From Octopus vulgaris (taxonomy: Eukaryota), in contig OX597816.1 of the NCBI GenBank assembly GCA_951406725.2, positions 86,676,001 to 86,740,000 of the forward strand: 64,000 bases of DNA, given 5' to 3'. The notes beneath the pieces are model-generated. The model worked only from the letters and a program-made list of their open reading frames with translations, did no database searches and was not told the origin of the DNA. Of the stretch, positions 13,418-27,935 are shown one piece after another (the stretch's first letter is position 1; each line of letters starts with the position of its first letter). The position numbers were made by a program, and so were the translations under genes.

Positions 13418-13692
13418 GAGAAATAATGTTAATCGCCACTTCAATATAGCTGTTCTGCAGGAACCGATGTTACTACCCTTTTTTAACCCGGGCGGACGCC
13501 TCCTCCGGCAGGTTATCGATGCAATCCACCCCCGATATATTTTACAAGTAATATATATATCGGGTGATACTTGCAATATATCTTGTGCAGATTGCATTAA
13601 TAACTGGAGGAGGCGTCCTCCTGTGGCTAAAAACGGCAGCAATGTTGTTTCCTACGGAACAGCAATGTTCAAGTGGTGAAAAACATTACCTC
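13418..13692. mobile_element. ~275-bp imperfect palindrome (fold-back/MITE-like)
   Basis: Left arm (aatgtt...ccacttcaatatagctgttctgcaggaac...ggacgcctcctcc...atgcaatc...gatatatt..caagta) pairs with the right arm (tacttgcaatatatc...gattgcat...ggaggaggcgtcc...ttcctacggaacagcaatgttcaagtgg...aacatt). Confidence 0.75.
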
Positions 13693-15811
13693 TATAGTTG
13701 AAAAATATTACCAAAATAGTATATTTCATCACTGTTCTAATATCTAAGAAAGGGATTATTCGTATCAAATCATTAGAAATATATTAGCCTATTAACTGCA
13801 AAAGGCGGAAAATGTAGATTAAGATAGTAGGGAGAAATTCATTTGATGTTAAATTACAATATATATTGAGTTATTAATTCTATATTTATGAAAGTATTAA
13901 ATTCATTACAGAACAAGTCCAACTTTTAAACGTGTACAATGTATCTCTCACATATCACGTTATTCAACACAACACTTCAAGCAAACTCAAGAATTATATT
14001 TTATACATTGGTGATACTGATGATTAAAGCTACTGATTGGTGTATAGAGAAGTTATAGCAATGTAGGTCATATCGCGAAATGAGTATTGGTTACAGGTAA
14101 AGTACATTGTTATTAATAAGAAGCAAACTTATAAGTTGTTAACAGGAAGTAAGTACTGAATCACTTCCTCTTTTCCTGACAGTATTTTATCAAAATTTGC
14201 AGTGAAATTAAAATTCAAATCAAAATTACCTTTAAAAATGTAAAATTTCTAAACGCACGTTATAAATTCAATCCTTCTAAATTATATTTTCAGATTGGTT
14301 TAGATTTGTCATAATAAATAAAATAACTCGAATTTTATTTCATAGCAGAGACAAGTCCTAAACGTAACATGAGTACATATCAATTCATACTTCTGAGGTG
14401 TCAAATATGAATGTGCTAATAACATTTAATTGACATAATATAGAAGGAGATACTTAATATTAATTACGTTTATAAGATGCCAAGTTATGAATTAAACAAA
14501 TAAACAATCAAGCATGATTATTTAACATGAAACAATATTAGTTTTAATTTATGCTTTCAGATGAAATCTGACACCAAAATTTAATTGAATAACAGAAGCG
14601 CTATACAGGCTAGTGAAACATTAAAGATACATCTGCTATTTGTTGTCAGCAAAAGAGAACAGTATATCAACTATTTTCACTTTATGAAAAAGAAATATGT
14701 TACAACTAAAATCTACAGCAGGATCAAAACTGTGGGAAGGAAGAATAAAACGTATTTCAAAAATATCTGCTAACATGCAAAAAAATATTTAAAAAAAGAT
14801 AAATAAAGCAAAATTGACAAAATAAAACATTGTTCTTAGCAACAAAATTTTAAAAGATGAAATTGTAGGAAACATATCTTTAATCTTTGTAGAAAGTCAA
14901 AACAAAAGTAAAACTATGAAAAATGTTACCACAAAACTTGATTCAATATTGAGATAGAAAATGACCTTTTCAATTTGGAAATACATTTTCAGATTATTCT
15001 GTTTAGAATGCTCCGTGCTCTCGATATAATAGTTTCGAAAATTAAGTGAAATGATATTCATAGGCAGGAAAACAATCACAAATAAAACAGATATTAGAAT
15101 CCTATATACAAATTTTCTGTTGACAAAGTATATCTATTAGGTATTTAATGAAAAAGGGAATGCATTCAGACAGAAAATTTCTACAAAATAACGATTTTCC
15201 TAAAGACATATAATCGGGAAATCTCTTCAGTAATCTAAAGATACATTAGTGTAGTTATAAATGGCTGTCATTTATTGGTTAAGTGCCTGTCTGGCCGCAA
15301 GTATATGATATATCATTTGAATATTAAATATTGCATTAATGTAATCCATTGCCCTCTTTCCTGTTAATTAAGGACAAACTTATGTGTCATAAATGCGTAT
15401 ATTCACATAGACACAAAAAAGCACTCTCATATTCTTGGATACACACACTCATCTATCTATCTACATAGACAGACACAACAGTATACATACAAGCAGATGC
15501 AGTTTCTACAGAGGCTTGCATACACATAATCTAAGATATATACGAGTTGTGAAACTTCCTGTCTTCATTTTTAAATATTTAGGATCTGTTTACTTACGTT
15601 GCACTATATATCGAGTGTGTATGCATGTGTGAGTGTGTATATGTGTAAGTGTGTGTGAGTGTGCGTATGTTTGTGTGGATGTGTGGATGTGTATGTGCGT
15701 GTGCTAATGGGTGTCTGTAAATGTATGTGAGTCTTCGCATACAGCGAATGATACACAGAGGAAAAAACGACTTGTGAAAAAGAATGTGTGAATTCACGTG
15801 TTTGTGTCCAA

Positions 15812-15858
<47 letters not shown>

Positions 15859-15902
15859 TAGATAGATACATACATACATACATACATACATACATACATA
15901 CA

Positions 15903-15934
<32 letters not shown>

Positions 15935-16246
15935 CACACATATACACACACACATACACCCACACTCATTCACACACATATAAATTTTTATGAACAGCCA
16001 AGCGCAATGTTACCATAAAGAAGAAATATAATTGCCACTGAATGTGACTCATGGCGTCAAGATGACTACACTGCTAGAAATAAGCGCTAAAATACTCTAC
16101 TGATCTAGTAATAGCAAATAATTGTATACCGATTCTAGAATTAAATAATGAACATTCAGTTTCGGCTATTTCCGTAGCCTCGTCTATAAGGACCGCTCCT
16201 TCGGTTAATTATATGTATGCATGTATCTATGTATGTACGTATGTAC

Positions 16247-16295
<49 letters not shown>

Positions 16296-16317
16296 CGTAC
16301 ATACATACATACATACA

Positions 16318-16351
<34 letters not shown>

Positions 16352-16489
16352 CATACATACATAACATACATACTATACATACATACATACATACATACAT
16401 ACATACATACATACATACATACATACATACATACATACATACATACATACTTTAAGACATACAATACAACGCACACACACAAGTTTTAT

Positions 16490-16815
16490 CTTTTATCTTT
16501 TACTTATTTGAGTCACTTGATTGCAGCCATTCTGGGGCACTGCCTTGAAGTGTTTACTACAAATAATCCAACCTAGCTATCATATCTATCTTTTAGGCCT
16601 TGTTATTCTAGCATTCTCTTCTTGCCAAACTGCTATGTTACGGGTAAATAAACAAACCAATACCGGTTGTCAAACTGAGGTGAGGGACAAACATAATGCA
16701 TTTCTATCCTTTTTTGTCTGCCAATGCCACTCGCAAGTCGATGGCCAGCATGGTAGACTGAACCCGGAACAAATTATTTCGGAAGCAAACTTCTTACCAC
16801 GAAGCAACGCCCGTC
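16490..16815 (-). mobile_element. Diverged SINE family A copy with deletions
   Basis: gagtcacttgattgcagccattctggggcactgcc...caccggttgtcaa-like...gactgaacccggaac...cttaccac match family A. Confidence 0.7.
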
Positions 16816-17389
16816 CCTACGTGTGTGTGTATGTGTATGTATCTATATCTATATCTATGTGTATATATAGATACATACACACAGACACATATGTGCATGC
16901 ATATATATACAAACATATATGTAGATATATATACACACACACATATACATATATATATATATATATTTCCGCATAAACATACGAACATATATATATTTGG
17001 TGTATGTGTTACTGTACGTTTGCTTTATTTCGTGTTTGCGTGTGTTTAGTGGAATATAGACATCACTTTACAGCATATCCGGCTTCTTTTTTACAATTTA
17101 GGTCTTATCATTGAAATGAAAATATATTAATAATCATTTTACTTTTGACAGACAGGAACAAGGAAAAAGGAAACTAGTGAAAAAAATACACATTATTTAT
17201 AGACCGTTATATTTTAGAGAATCTGAAGTCCTTATCAATACATAAACAAATATGAGACGTTGTTAAGTTGAGGTCTTTCCCAGACGTATTTGAAGCTTAA
17301 CCTACATTTATTGTCTTCACGACTAATCTCTCATAACACATGATATCCTCTCACAAGTAACTGATATATATGGAACATACCTACCTACC

Positions 17390-17444
<55 letters not shown>

Positions 17445-19613
17445 AGTATGTATGTAGCTATGTATGTATGCATGCATGTATGTATGCATGCATGTATGTA
17501 TGCATGTATGTATGTATGTATGTGTATTTTTCAATGTTTACAAATAAGAAGGGAAAAATAAATCAATAGTTACCAGGGTAGCACAAATTCACACACGAAC
17601 CAAGGATGTAACAGTCTACTTATAGAGGTAGAAATTCCAGTTTGGGTGAAATATTTTTAAAAAACATCGATAAATAAATAAATGCGATAGTTAAATGCAA
17701 CCCGTTTAACATATGTTTCGAAGAAAACATTGGTATTGTTCCAGAAGGAATAAAATGATAGGAAACCCTATCCTGATTTGGTGTGAGTTAATAATCAAAT
17801 AACGTCTTCAAGAATAGCGTCTTTTTATAGCTTCACGTAACTAGTAAGGGAGTTTGAATTTGGTGTGCTTATCATATGGAATTGTCAACCAAACAGTTTT
17901 GCTAGGACATACCTAGGACATATCTTGTCATTAGGGTAATTATCTTTACAATTCCTCGATGTACCTTTATAACGAAACAAGGGTCTTAAATAACTGTTAT
18001 CTCTCTTACGCTGCAGAATTACATTACTCGATTTAGTGTTAATATTGTTAATATCGTTATGACTTGATTTAATGTCCAGATTGATAGAGGTAGCATTAAT
18101 GTCGATAGGGTTAATATAGGTAGTTTTTTTCTTTATAGCCTGCTATAAAGGCAGAGTTATAAAGTTCAACTTTATTCACAGTTTTGAATTAATCATGCAC
18201 TATATCAATGCCTCAACACTGTGATGATGTGATTGTATATATTTTTGTAATGACATTATAGAGTAAGGGAAAGTGGCTGAATATAGCCAGTGTGGGTATA
18301 AAAGTGGTGGAATATTTGTGCCAGATATGCCAAGTTTAGATGCTAAAGGGTTAAAGAATATAACCTGCAGCTAGAATTATTAAAGAAGTAAAATAACAAA
18401 TAATGAAAATGGAGAGCTTCTAACAACGCAAAAAGGTAAGTTTAGTTGTCTTTATATATTTCAAACACAACAGTGAATCATGAGAATTGAACGGCGGAAA
18501 AATGTAAGTTTATACAGAGTCCCTCCTTAAACTAGCAACTGGCCAGCGGATCAATTGATAATGTTGTTTGACTCAGGATATCTCATACTAAGAAGGCTTT
18601 ATCATAAACGTTAGAATCGTGATCACCCAATTTATCTCATATATCATTCAACATATCTTGAGAGAATGATTTATGAAAAATATTGTTGCCTTTGCTGGCA
18701 AATCCACCGAGAAGTGAAGGATCCCTTATATACTCGAACTGTTATTGTCGTTGACCACTTTTATACGGCTTGATGTCAAGATACCAAGATCTTGTTGTTC
18801 TTGTTATATCGCACAATGTATTGTTCTACTTACTTTTGTTTCTTGGGTGGTGGGGCTCAATCTTTAGTCACATCATGGAGACATATCTATGGCAGTTCAG
18901 TGTCTTGTAAATAGTTGTAACTCATAAACTTGGTATATCCTGACTTCGCAAAAAGAGAAAAGCGTACAATATAGCTATTTATTTTAGAATGCTTGAAACG
19001 ACTCTGATCAAAAATTATTTCATCTGGGGATTGATCTCTTTTCAATATAACAAAAGTTGGATAATTATTTCCGGATTATTTGTAAAATTGTTTATTTCAA
19101 AAATATATTTATTTCATTACAATCCTTAATATCTGCATAATACCCCTCTCTGAAGGCCAATATCTTATGCTGATTACCTGTTATCATTGTGTTTTCTGTT
19201 TTTACATAATGTTTTACATATACTGAGAGTATATTTGTGCCTGTTGCTAAATGTTTAATAATTCTTATCCTGAAATATTTTTTGATATCCATCTTTCGTA
19301 ATTTTTAAGATAATAGAAATTGCAGTCCATCATTCTGGCATACATGTAACATACTATATATTTATAAATCGTATTTTATTTTGAATGATTCAATTGCTTG
19401 TTCCCCTGTCTTCCCCTGTGGTTGCATAGGATCTTCGGGCAAAATATTACACATATGAATCATAACCTGCTTTAAAATCCAGTGCAACTGCAGCTGAAAC
19501 TCAGAGTATAAAGAGGTCGACTTAACTAAAACAAAATATCTTAAGCTCTGTATGGTACTCAGCGCTCTTATTTCCGACAGTCAACACTACACCGATACAC
19601 ACACATACTTTTA

Positions 19614-19658
<45 letters not shown>

Positions 19659-20231
19659 TGTATGTAATGTATTTCAGCTATATTTATCGGCACACGAAAA
19701 TGATAACGGCGATGCTGATGAACAACTATTATACAGATCTACGAAACTGGCAATGCATCTTATAGTTCTATATTTTTTTGATATATATAAAATTTACTGT
19801 AGTATTGAGTGTTTCAATTTATGTTCGTGTGTGTATGTGTATGCGTGCTTCTATGTGAGAGTGTGTGTTATAAGCAAATGTCGCAGAAAGTTATAAAAAG
19901 GGTTGGTTAATGGATAGCTGTGGTCATAGCAACATAATATTCAAAATATTCAAAGAAACAAAATGTGAGACAGACAGACAGTTAGGTAGGTGTATTCATA
20001 CAAACATAAATAATTGGTTGTATGGAGAACTAAACAGATAAACAAATAGATATGCGCATTTATATATATATATGTCTGTGTTCTTATGCGTGTCTGTGTA
20101 TTTATGTAGGTGCATGCATGTAGTTATAAATGTGTCTACATGTATATATATACATATATACATACATATATATATATGTATACATATATATACACACACA
20201 TATATACATATATACACACACACACACATAT

Positions 20232-20325
<94 letters not shown>

Positions 20326-21174
20326 AGCGACTATAATATTTATAAGCTTAATCATTTTTGAAGGTATTCAGTCAGCAAATATTTCATTCGGTTTAATGCA
20401 TCTTAGTTTTAGCGTTAAAGTGCTATCTTCATATTTTAAACTATTTATGCATCTCTACATCTAGACTTCTCAATTACCAAGAAATTGTAAGAGAAATAAA
20501 AGCTAGGAAGACGCCATTTTATCTAGTTTTCCTGCGGGTTACATTAACTGTCTTACTTGTCTTGAAAATCATAGTTTTTCTCGTAGATTACGTCTCTTAG
20601 TTTCCTACCACCAAATTATTCATCGTATTGATATCTTTCATTCTGGCTCCACTTTAAAGTTATATGTAACATAGCTTGCAGAGTTACTTACCAATTTTCA
20701 ACCTACATATGTCAATATGTTAACGCTTTTCCGTTTCCCTCTGCATGATTATTTGTATATGTGTATTGTATATGTGTCGATTTACATATACCTTTACATC
20801 TATTCATAAAAGCACTGGTATGAAAACATATATATGAATATATATATTGGCGCGAACATGCTATGTTAAAGATATCGTATTAATGACTAACGTTATTTTT
20901 TGTAAATTTATAACACAATACCCAGCATCTCAGATTCATTCGATGATATGATAAAAAAAAGTCTCTCATTTGCAATATATTCTTTATGTTAAACTCTAGA
21001 AAGATTTTTTCTTTGATGTGGGATGTACTACATTATATATATATATGTCTGCGGACAGAGAATTTTATAACGGATAAAAACTCTGCAAATGGTATAAAAT
21101 ACGAAGATATTAAATTTTTAGTCGGACGATGAAAATGATAATGTCTATTGTTTTCTACTTCGTTACTGTGGTGC

Positions 21175-21620
<446 letters not shown>

Positions 21621-22678
21621 CAGTAGTTTTATTTTTATAGCGTGCTTTCACTTCACTACCGTGCGCAGCTCTGTGTGCCTTGGGTATGTGCTGTGATTTG
21701 TTGTGATGCTCTGATGGTTATTGTATGGAAAGTGTTCTGCGTAGGATGTGTGCAGTGCCTAGTAGTGTAATTTTCTGTATGTTATATGTGTTTGTAAGTC
21801 CTGGTGTTTTTGTTATGTATTTGTCTGAATATTTTTTTATCATGCCTAATGCACCTACTATGATAGGAATTGTTTCTGTTTTCAGATTCCACATTCTAGT
21901 TACCTCTATTTCCAGGTCTTTGTATTTTGAGAGTTTCTCCATTTCTTTTAGAGACACGTTGTCATCTGCCGGTATTGATACATCAATTAGAAAGCATTTT
22001 TTTTCTTCATGATCTCTGACAACTATATCTGGTCTGTTGGCCTTAATTTCTCTATCTGTGTGTATCGGCATATCCCAGAGTATGGTTGCTTTCTCGTTTT
22101 CTGTGACCTTTTCTGGTGTGTGCCTATACCATCTTTTTTCTGTTGTTATTCCATAATATTGGCATACCTTCCAATGTATGTAGGTTCCAACTCTGTCATG
22201 TCTGTGAATACATTCCTTCTTAGCCAGGACTGGGCAGCTAGAGATAATATGATTTATTGTTTCTTGTCCATCTCCACATATTCTGCAGTTACTTGTAATA
22301 TTTCTTTTCATTACATGTTTTTGGTAATTTCTGGTGGGGAGGATTTGGTCTTGTGCTGCAATCAAAAATCCCTCTGTTTCTGCTTTGAGTCCTGAGCTTC
22401 TCAACCATTGCTGGGATTTTTCTTTGTCTATTTCTTTTGCGTTTAGTTTAGTGCAGTATTTACCATGAAGGGGCTTTTCTTGCCATCGTTTTATCATGGT
22501 TCGTTGCTGTTCTATTTTTAGTTTGGATTTCATTTGTTTTATAGCTTTTGTTGTTTCTTCATCTTCTTCTTCTTCTTCTTCATGTTTATTAGGTGGTATG
22601 ATTTCTTGTTTGTATTTGTCAGCTTCCTTAAATACTGAGAACAGTTTTTTGTTTTGCTCGTGTTTTGCTGCTATCTGG
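21621..22678 (-). mobile_element. Young 5'-truncated R4/Dong-clade non-LTR retrotransposon inserted in (TAA)n
   Basis: Open frame with CCHC knuckle and restriction-like endonuclease, a ~97-bp 3' UTR, and (TAA)n on both sides. TAA-repeat targeting is typical of Dong elements. Confidence 0.9.
21718..22677 (-). CDS. C-terminal part of RLE-type LINE ORF (zinc knuckle plus restriction-like endonuclease); no start codon, 5' truncated
   Basis: AAQDQ, CRICGDGQETINHIISSC (CCHC), RHD, NRPDIVVRD...LIDVSIP.D...KEMEKLSKYKDL, IPIIVGALG, LLGTAHILRR. The upstream MQTAMSV-poly-I of the listed ORF is flanking sequence. Confidence 0.9.
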   Translation of the reverse strand, partial: QIAAKHEQNKKLFSVFKEADKYKQEIIPPNKHEEEEEEDEETTKAIKQMKSKLKIEQQRTMIKRWQEKPLHGKYCTKLNAKEIDKEKSQQWLRSSGLKAETEGFLIAAQDQILPTRNYQKHVMKRNITSNCRICGDGQETINHIISSCPVLAKKECIHRHDRVGTYIHWKVCQYYGITTEKRWYRHTPEKVTENEKATILWDMPIHTDREIKANRPDIVVRDHEEKKCFLIDVSIPADDNVSLKEMEKLSKYKDLEIEVTRMWNLKTETIPIIVGALGMIKKYSDKYITKTPGLTNTYNIQKITLLGTAHILRRTLSIQ

Positions 22679-22745
<67 letters not shown>

Positions 22746-22746
<1 letters not shown>

Positions 22747-23325
22747 AGACATCGCAGTTTGCAATAACGTGAGGTTGTTGAATGAAGTGTGTCTAGCGGG
22801 GATTTGTACTGTTTGTCAAATCACAACAAAGAACTCAGACATTACTTTATGCAATATGCATGCAGTTCCAAGTAACGCGGACTTTTACAATACACCTAGA
22901 TTGTATGATATTTCTAATGTCTTCAGATATTTTTTCACATTAGGTGGTATTGAACCCAATGCTCCGATGACGATAGGGATGACCTTTATGCTTGACTCTC
23001 GTAGCTGCCACATCTTAGCGATCTCACTTCACAGGTTTCCATAGTTATCAATCTTTCCTCTTTCTTTCATGGTGATATTAGGCACTCTCGCTTGTCTCTC
23101 CTAAACGTTACTATATCCGGCCTTCGGAGCTCTAATACCTTATCTGTCTGGAAGTCAAAGTCCCAGAGGATTTTTGCCTTCCCCTTTTCGTCCATTGCCT
23201 TTTCCGGTGTATATTGGTAAGAATCACCCGCAACCTCTCATCCATACTTACGACATAGCAGCCAGTGGGAATTTTGGGTTACCTTGTCATGTCTACGTTT
23301 GTATTCTTTCTGCGTAAGATTTTCA
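22746..23325 (-). mobile_element. Second, older R4/Dong-type family, 3' fragment with stops
   Basis: Minus-strand EYKRRHDKV..HWLLCRKYG*, KILWDFDFQTDK..RRPDIV, IPIVIGALGSIP, KSALLGTACILHK. The 3' UTR differs from the adjacent copy and abuts (TAA)n. Confidence 0.85.
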
Positions 23326-23366
23326 CAAGCACTAACAATGTGAATCTCGCTTTCTACCCTCTTCCC

Positions 23367-23405
<39 letters not shown>

Positions 23406-23409
<4 letters not shown>

Positions 23410-23423
23410 TAGTTTTATTTTTA

Positions 23424-23458
<35 letters not shown>

Positions 23459-23682
23459 TAGTTTTATTTTTATTTATATAGCGTGCTTTCACTTCACTAC
23501 CGAGCGCAGCTCTGTGTGCCTTGGGTATGTGCTGTGATTTGTTGTGATGCTCTGATGGTTATTGTATGGAAAGTGTTCTGCGTAGGATGTGGGCAGTGCC
23601 TAGTAGTGCAATTTTCTGTATGTTATATGTGTTTGTAAGTCCTGGTGTTTTTGTTATGTATTTGTCTGAATATTTTTTTTTT
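23406..23682 (-). mobile_element. Short 3' end of the same family as 21621-22678, with duplicated extreme 3' end
   Basis: Near-identical to 21621-21838. The terminal cagtagttttattttta occurs twice, separated by (TTA)n. Confidence 0.9.
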
Positions 23683-23683
23683 T

Positions 23684-23742
<59 letters not shown>

Positions 23743-23756
23743 GTTGTTGTTGTTAT

Positions 23757-23965
23757 TCCTTCGTAACCTAGTGTAGGTAAATATGCACTGGAGTCTTTAG
23801 TCATCTGTCAAGTCACAACAATAAGGACCTCAGAGAGAAAATAACCTTTTTCTTAAGATGTGTGTCGGGCTCAATCCCAATAAAACTTCAAGATTTCTTA
23901 AGGCAACTGGAAATCTGATGCAAAATTGATGTCTTGCAAAAACAGCCTTATTGGGTACAACGCAA
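23757..23965. mobile_element. Fourth R4/Dong-type 3' fragment with an inverted 5' segment
   Basis: 23757-23865 reads on minus as THILRK plus 3' UTR. 23868-23964 reads on plus as GSIPIKLQDFLRQLEI*CKIDVLQK-(fs)-ALLGTT. Confidence 0.6.
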
Positions 23966-24134
23966 TATCATCTTTGCTTTTCATCCTTTCACGGTCTATT
24001 AGATACTAGTTGAGTACTGGGACAAAGCTAATGGACTAGCTGGCTCCCACGAAAGTTTTAGGCTTTGAGCCTAAAACTTGGTGGGAATTTTGAGCCTGAA
24101 ACTTGATAGAATAATTAGTAGGCTTACAAAAAAT

Positions 24135-24222
24135 GGTTCGACTAAAACCCCTTACAGCGGTGCTCCAACATGGCTGCAATCAAATAACTGAAAACAAATA
24201 AAAGATCAAAAGAATAAAAGAG
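24135..24222 (+). mobile_element. SINE family A 3' tail fragment
   Basis: gcggtgctccaacatggctgcaatcaaataactgaaa...aaagaataaaagag. Confidence 0.65.
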
Positions 24223-27200
24223 TTTGATGTAAATGAATAAATTTAACTGTTAAAAATTCAAATCTGGAGTGATCGATAACATTCACCTTACTGACTTTAA
24301 TGTGATAGCCACACAGGTCATCAACACTATATGTTTAGGTGAGGCAATAATGGTCAACATACATTTTTTATGGATTCGGAAAATTTCCTGTCCCAAATTT
24401 GCAAGCAAGTAGCAGTAAAATTTGAAAAATATTAGAGCGACAGATATAGAAGAGAGTCGTTGACGCAATATAAATTCATTAAAATTTAAAGCTGAACTAC
24501 TTGTATAGTTAGATGATAAACTTACAAGAAGCTGTTTAACCATTAGTTGACAATTCCTAGCATAATAATAAGAATCACAATTATCAACTCCAAATATCAG
24601 TCAACATATTAAAAGATCTGTTATGAAGCATTCCTACAACCATACTCAAGAAATTTTCCGACGTTTTATAATACCAAAAGAGAACTAAAAGAAAATTATT
24701 TAACAAACAGAAGCAGAATAGTTTTGTTTTTTTTCGTTTAAATCATGAAAAAAGGAATAGGAAATAACTTTAAAATAGATGAAAGTATTAAGAACATACT
24801 TAATGGTAGAAGTAAAAATGTAAAAAAAAATGGAAGATATCTTACAAATTTATTTGGAAAGAAATTTTCATTGAGATGATAATCAAGACAGTGACAATTA
24901 TTTTTTCCAATATTGACAAAGATACAGAACAGATTTGTTGTAAATGGCCAGCGGCTAAAGGACAAATAAATACAATTGAAAGTGTTTGAAAAATATTTGA
25001 GTTGATAATTAAGTAAATAAATAAATAAAACAAAATACGCATTCCTGTGCAAAGATGTACCAACAAATGTGTAACGAGTATATAGCGTCATGTCGATCAT
25101 CGCCTAGGTGAGCATTTACCGACTCGATCGCGTTCCAGCATAGGGTTCGGGATATCAGCAGAGCAAAAATCTTATTTCCGAAGTTCATTAATGATGAGTT
25201 TTCAACTGACTCTCCAGCAGTGACCCTCCAAAAGGTATGCATTTCTGTCTGAGAACCTTAAAGATTACATGAAATTGTTATAGTTTCTTTGATTCGTAGA
25301 ACTCTACGATAAGATGCGTTAAGAAAGGCCAGCAGTAACCGAGTGTAAGTGGCATAACCGCGTCTCTGAGAGTACACCAAAGCAGTACATTGGTACGATT
25401 GCACGATTCGACAGGGGCACAGAAGAATCCTTTGTTCAAATTATCAATCAAGAATGACTTCCAAACGGCACACAGTCGACAACAGACCAGGCTTTCATGA
25501 ATGAGACAAATTTTTAATCTGCTTCGGTAGGTTTTGTTATTATAGTATACATGCTATTCTCTGACTAATCTTATTTACTGCTTCTGATTGTTGCAGATGC
25601 AGTAAGTCTTTGAGGTGTTGACATAAAGACTAATAACTTCTATCAATTTTTAAAAGGTCATGATGGGGTCGGTGAAGAGAATGATTGGACCAGGATGATC
25701 TGTACTTGTTACTGAAGGGGCTGAGTGACGAAGGGAAGGGGACTCTGTGAGTGATTTGTAAACGTTAAGATTTTTGAGTGAAATATGAAATACGTAGTTC
25801 ATAGATACGATAAAGCTGATATATTAAAAATACAAAACTTGATAACTATTTGACCAGTATGCACTAAAAGAGATATAGATATACTAGACTGCTTTAAGAA
25901 GATGAGTCTATGAATATTTTTATATTTATACACATATCCAAATGGATATATATATATATATATATTTACACAAGTTCGCGAAGAACCACATGTATGCACA
26001 CATATATATCGGTGTGTTTCTGTATGTATGTATGTATGTATGTATGTATGTATGTATGTATGTATGTATGTATGCATGTATGTATAAGTATGCATAAAAG
26101 TAAGTAAATGCAGGCAAATGGTTGTAATATAAGAAAGAAATGAATGGTAATGTTTTTAAGTTCTGAATTATTTACGGGTGTATGCGCATATTCTGTATAA
26201 AATGACCTTTAGGAATCTGTTGCTTGTAAAATGTCTCATATCATCCAGTTTTCCATAATTTACGCTGCAATAAGATTTTCCCGATTTAAGATTTTAACTT
26301 CAGATTTAGCAATCCAATTGAAAGAATAGAAAATTGGATTGGCCTATTATCAGCCTCTAAATGTAATTAAAGAAGTTCACTATTCTATAATAAGTTCTAA
26401 ATTTATCTGACGGAACATTATATCGAACATTGAAAAGACTTATACCTGTGTATGTGCGTGTGTGTGTGTATGTGTTTGTGTGTTATATGAGTTATAACTA
26501 TATATATTTTTCTGGGAAACATACCAATAAAAATATCCACTGACAGACAAATATATTAGTTAAGCATACCAATATGGGGAACTTTGTTAACCTCAACATT
26601 GTTAAGAAAGTTTGTGTGTGTTAGGTGTTGGTTAAAAATATGAATTCGTTTCTTAGATTCTTTATTAAAAACCTGATGATGTATTTTCATACGAAGAACA
26701 TTTAAAAACAATTTAAAGTGTCTGTAGATCAGCGAGGTAGTAATAGTAACTTTAAATGGAGGTGGAAAGCAAATTAAGCATGTAAAATTACAAAAGGAAA
26801 TCTCCAATATGAGACGTGCCGGCTTGTCTAAACACCTATAAATACATATATACACGTTTAAACTCATTCACACATATCTTTTCATATTTCTTTTACTAAA
26901 TTGAAGCTATGAGACTCTAATAATTCTTTATAATCATCATGGACGTTCGTGACACATAATATATCTCACAAGAATTGAAACCGCCTGTTTTAAATCATAA
27001 TGTATTTACTCAATTTATCTTATTATAAAGTATCTTTCATTTGGTGGATGGCTTTGAAACTGCTCAAGGAGAAGTATTAAATGGTGTAGTCTTTTCAAGT
27101 TGTTCGGTAAAAAAGAAAAATCATAATTTGAATGCTGCTCAGATTAAGGTGTCGTCACCTTAAATTTTCATCACACAAACATATTTCAAGACGTCTTTTT

Positions 27201-27711
27201 TCTTTTCAGTATGGTTCCTTTGATATGCTTCACAACAATTTCATTCAGAGATAGATATAATCTATAATCCATTTACCTACAATAAATTTAATTTCCCTAT
27301 ACTTGTTCCTGTAAATAATTGTCAAATACACTTTATAAAAGCTTTTTTTTGTTTTTATTTTGCTTTTTGTGAAATGATGGAGCTGGTGGAAGGTACATTT
27401 CTGTGATGTTTCTTAATTAGTTGTCAGATAAAATTGTCGATTTTTGTTATTTTATTAACCAATTCGAATTTTTCAATTTTATTATTAAATTAGAATATAC
27501 AGACGCTGAATTTCGTTGTAAATATGGCTACCAAATGGTTTCCATCATTATTGTTGATTTTGTTGTTTATAATATTATATACAATATATATGGTTAGAAC
27601 ATTTTAACAAATACGAAATATATATATCTCTTAAACGTTATATATGATTGGATAATTCGCATTGTTCTGTATTATATATTTCATGATCAAAATTTTTTGT
27701 GGATCTTTTTC

Positions 27712-27781
<70 letters not shown>

Positions 27782-27786
27782 TATAT

Positions 27787-27935
27787 GAGTAAGCACATAA
27801 ATGTGAAACAAGGTGGAAAAAGAGTACTAAAATACCAGAGGTAGAGTAATATATTTTATTTAAAAGCAGCGGAAATATAACAAAAGCTGTTACTCAGAGT
27901 TTCACGTTCACGTTCGTTGGACAGTTTTGTTATAA
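27787..27935 (-). mobile_element. Penelope-like 3' end next to (TA)n, with a decayed hammerhead fold (27877-27933)
   Basis: Minus strand: AUAACAAAACUGU-CCAACGA-ACGU-GA-ACGU-GAA-ACUC-U-GAGU-A-ACAG(C)UUUUGUUAU. Stems are intact; the core box is mutated. Confidence 0.55.

Noticed and set aside
18365-18441. Strong donor AAG|GTAAGT as an exon end (similar at ~14095)
   Set aside because: No good acceptor or coding frame upstream; isolated donor-like motifs are expected by chance.
18600-19450. Possible very old CR1/L2-like RT remnant on the minus strand (PE*W, ITGNQH...FREG, DLGIL)
   Set aside because: Motif matches are too short and scattered to support without a profile search.
22678-22764. N-terminus MQTAMSV-poly-I of the 348-aa ORF as a real start
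   Set aside because: It derives from the neighbouring element's 3' end and the TAA target array, not from the LINE ORF.
25009-25500. Possible transposase/Helitron coding remnant
   Set aside because: No motif could be recognised with confidence in any frame.
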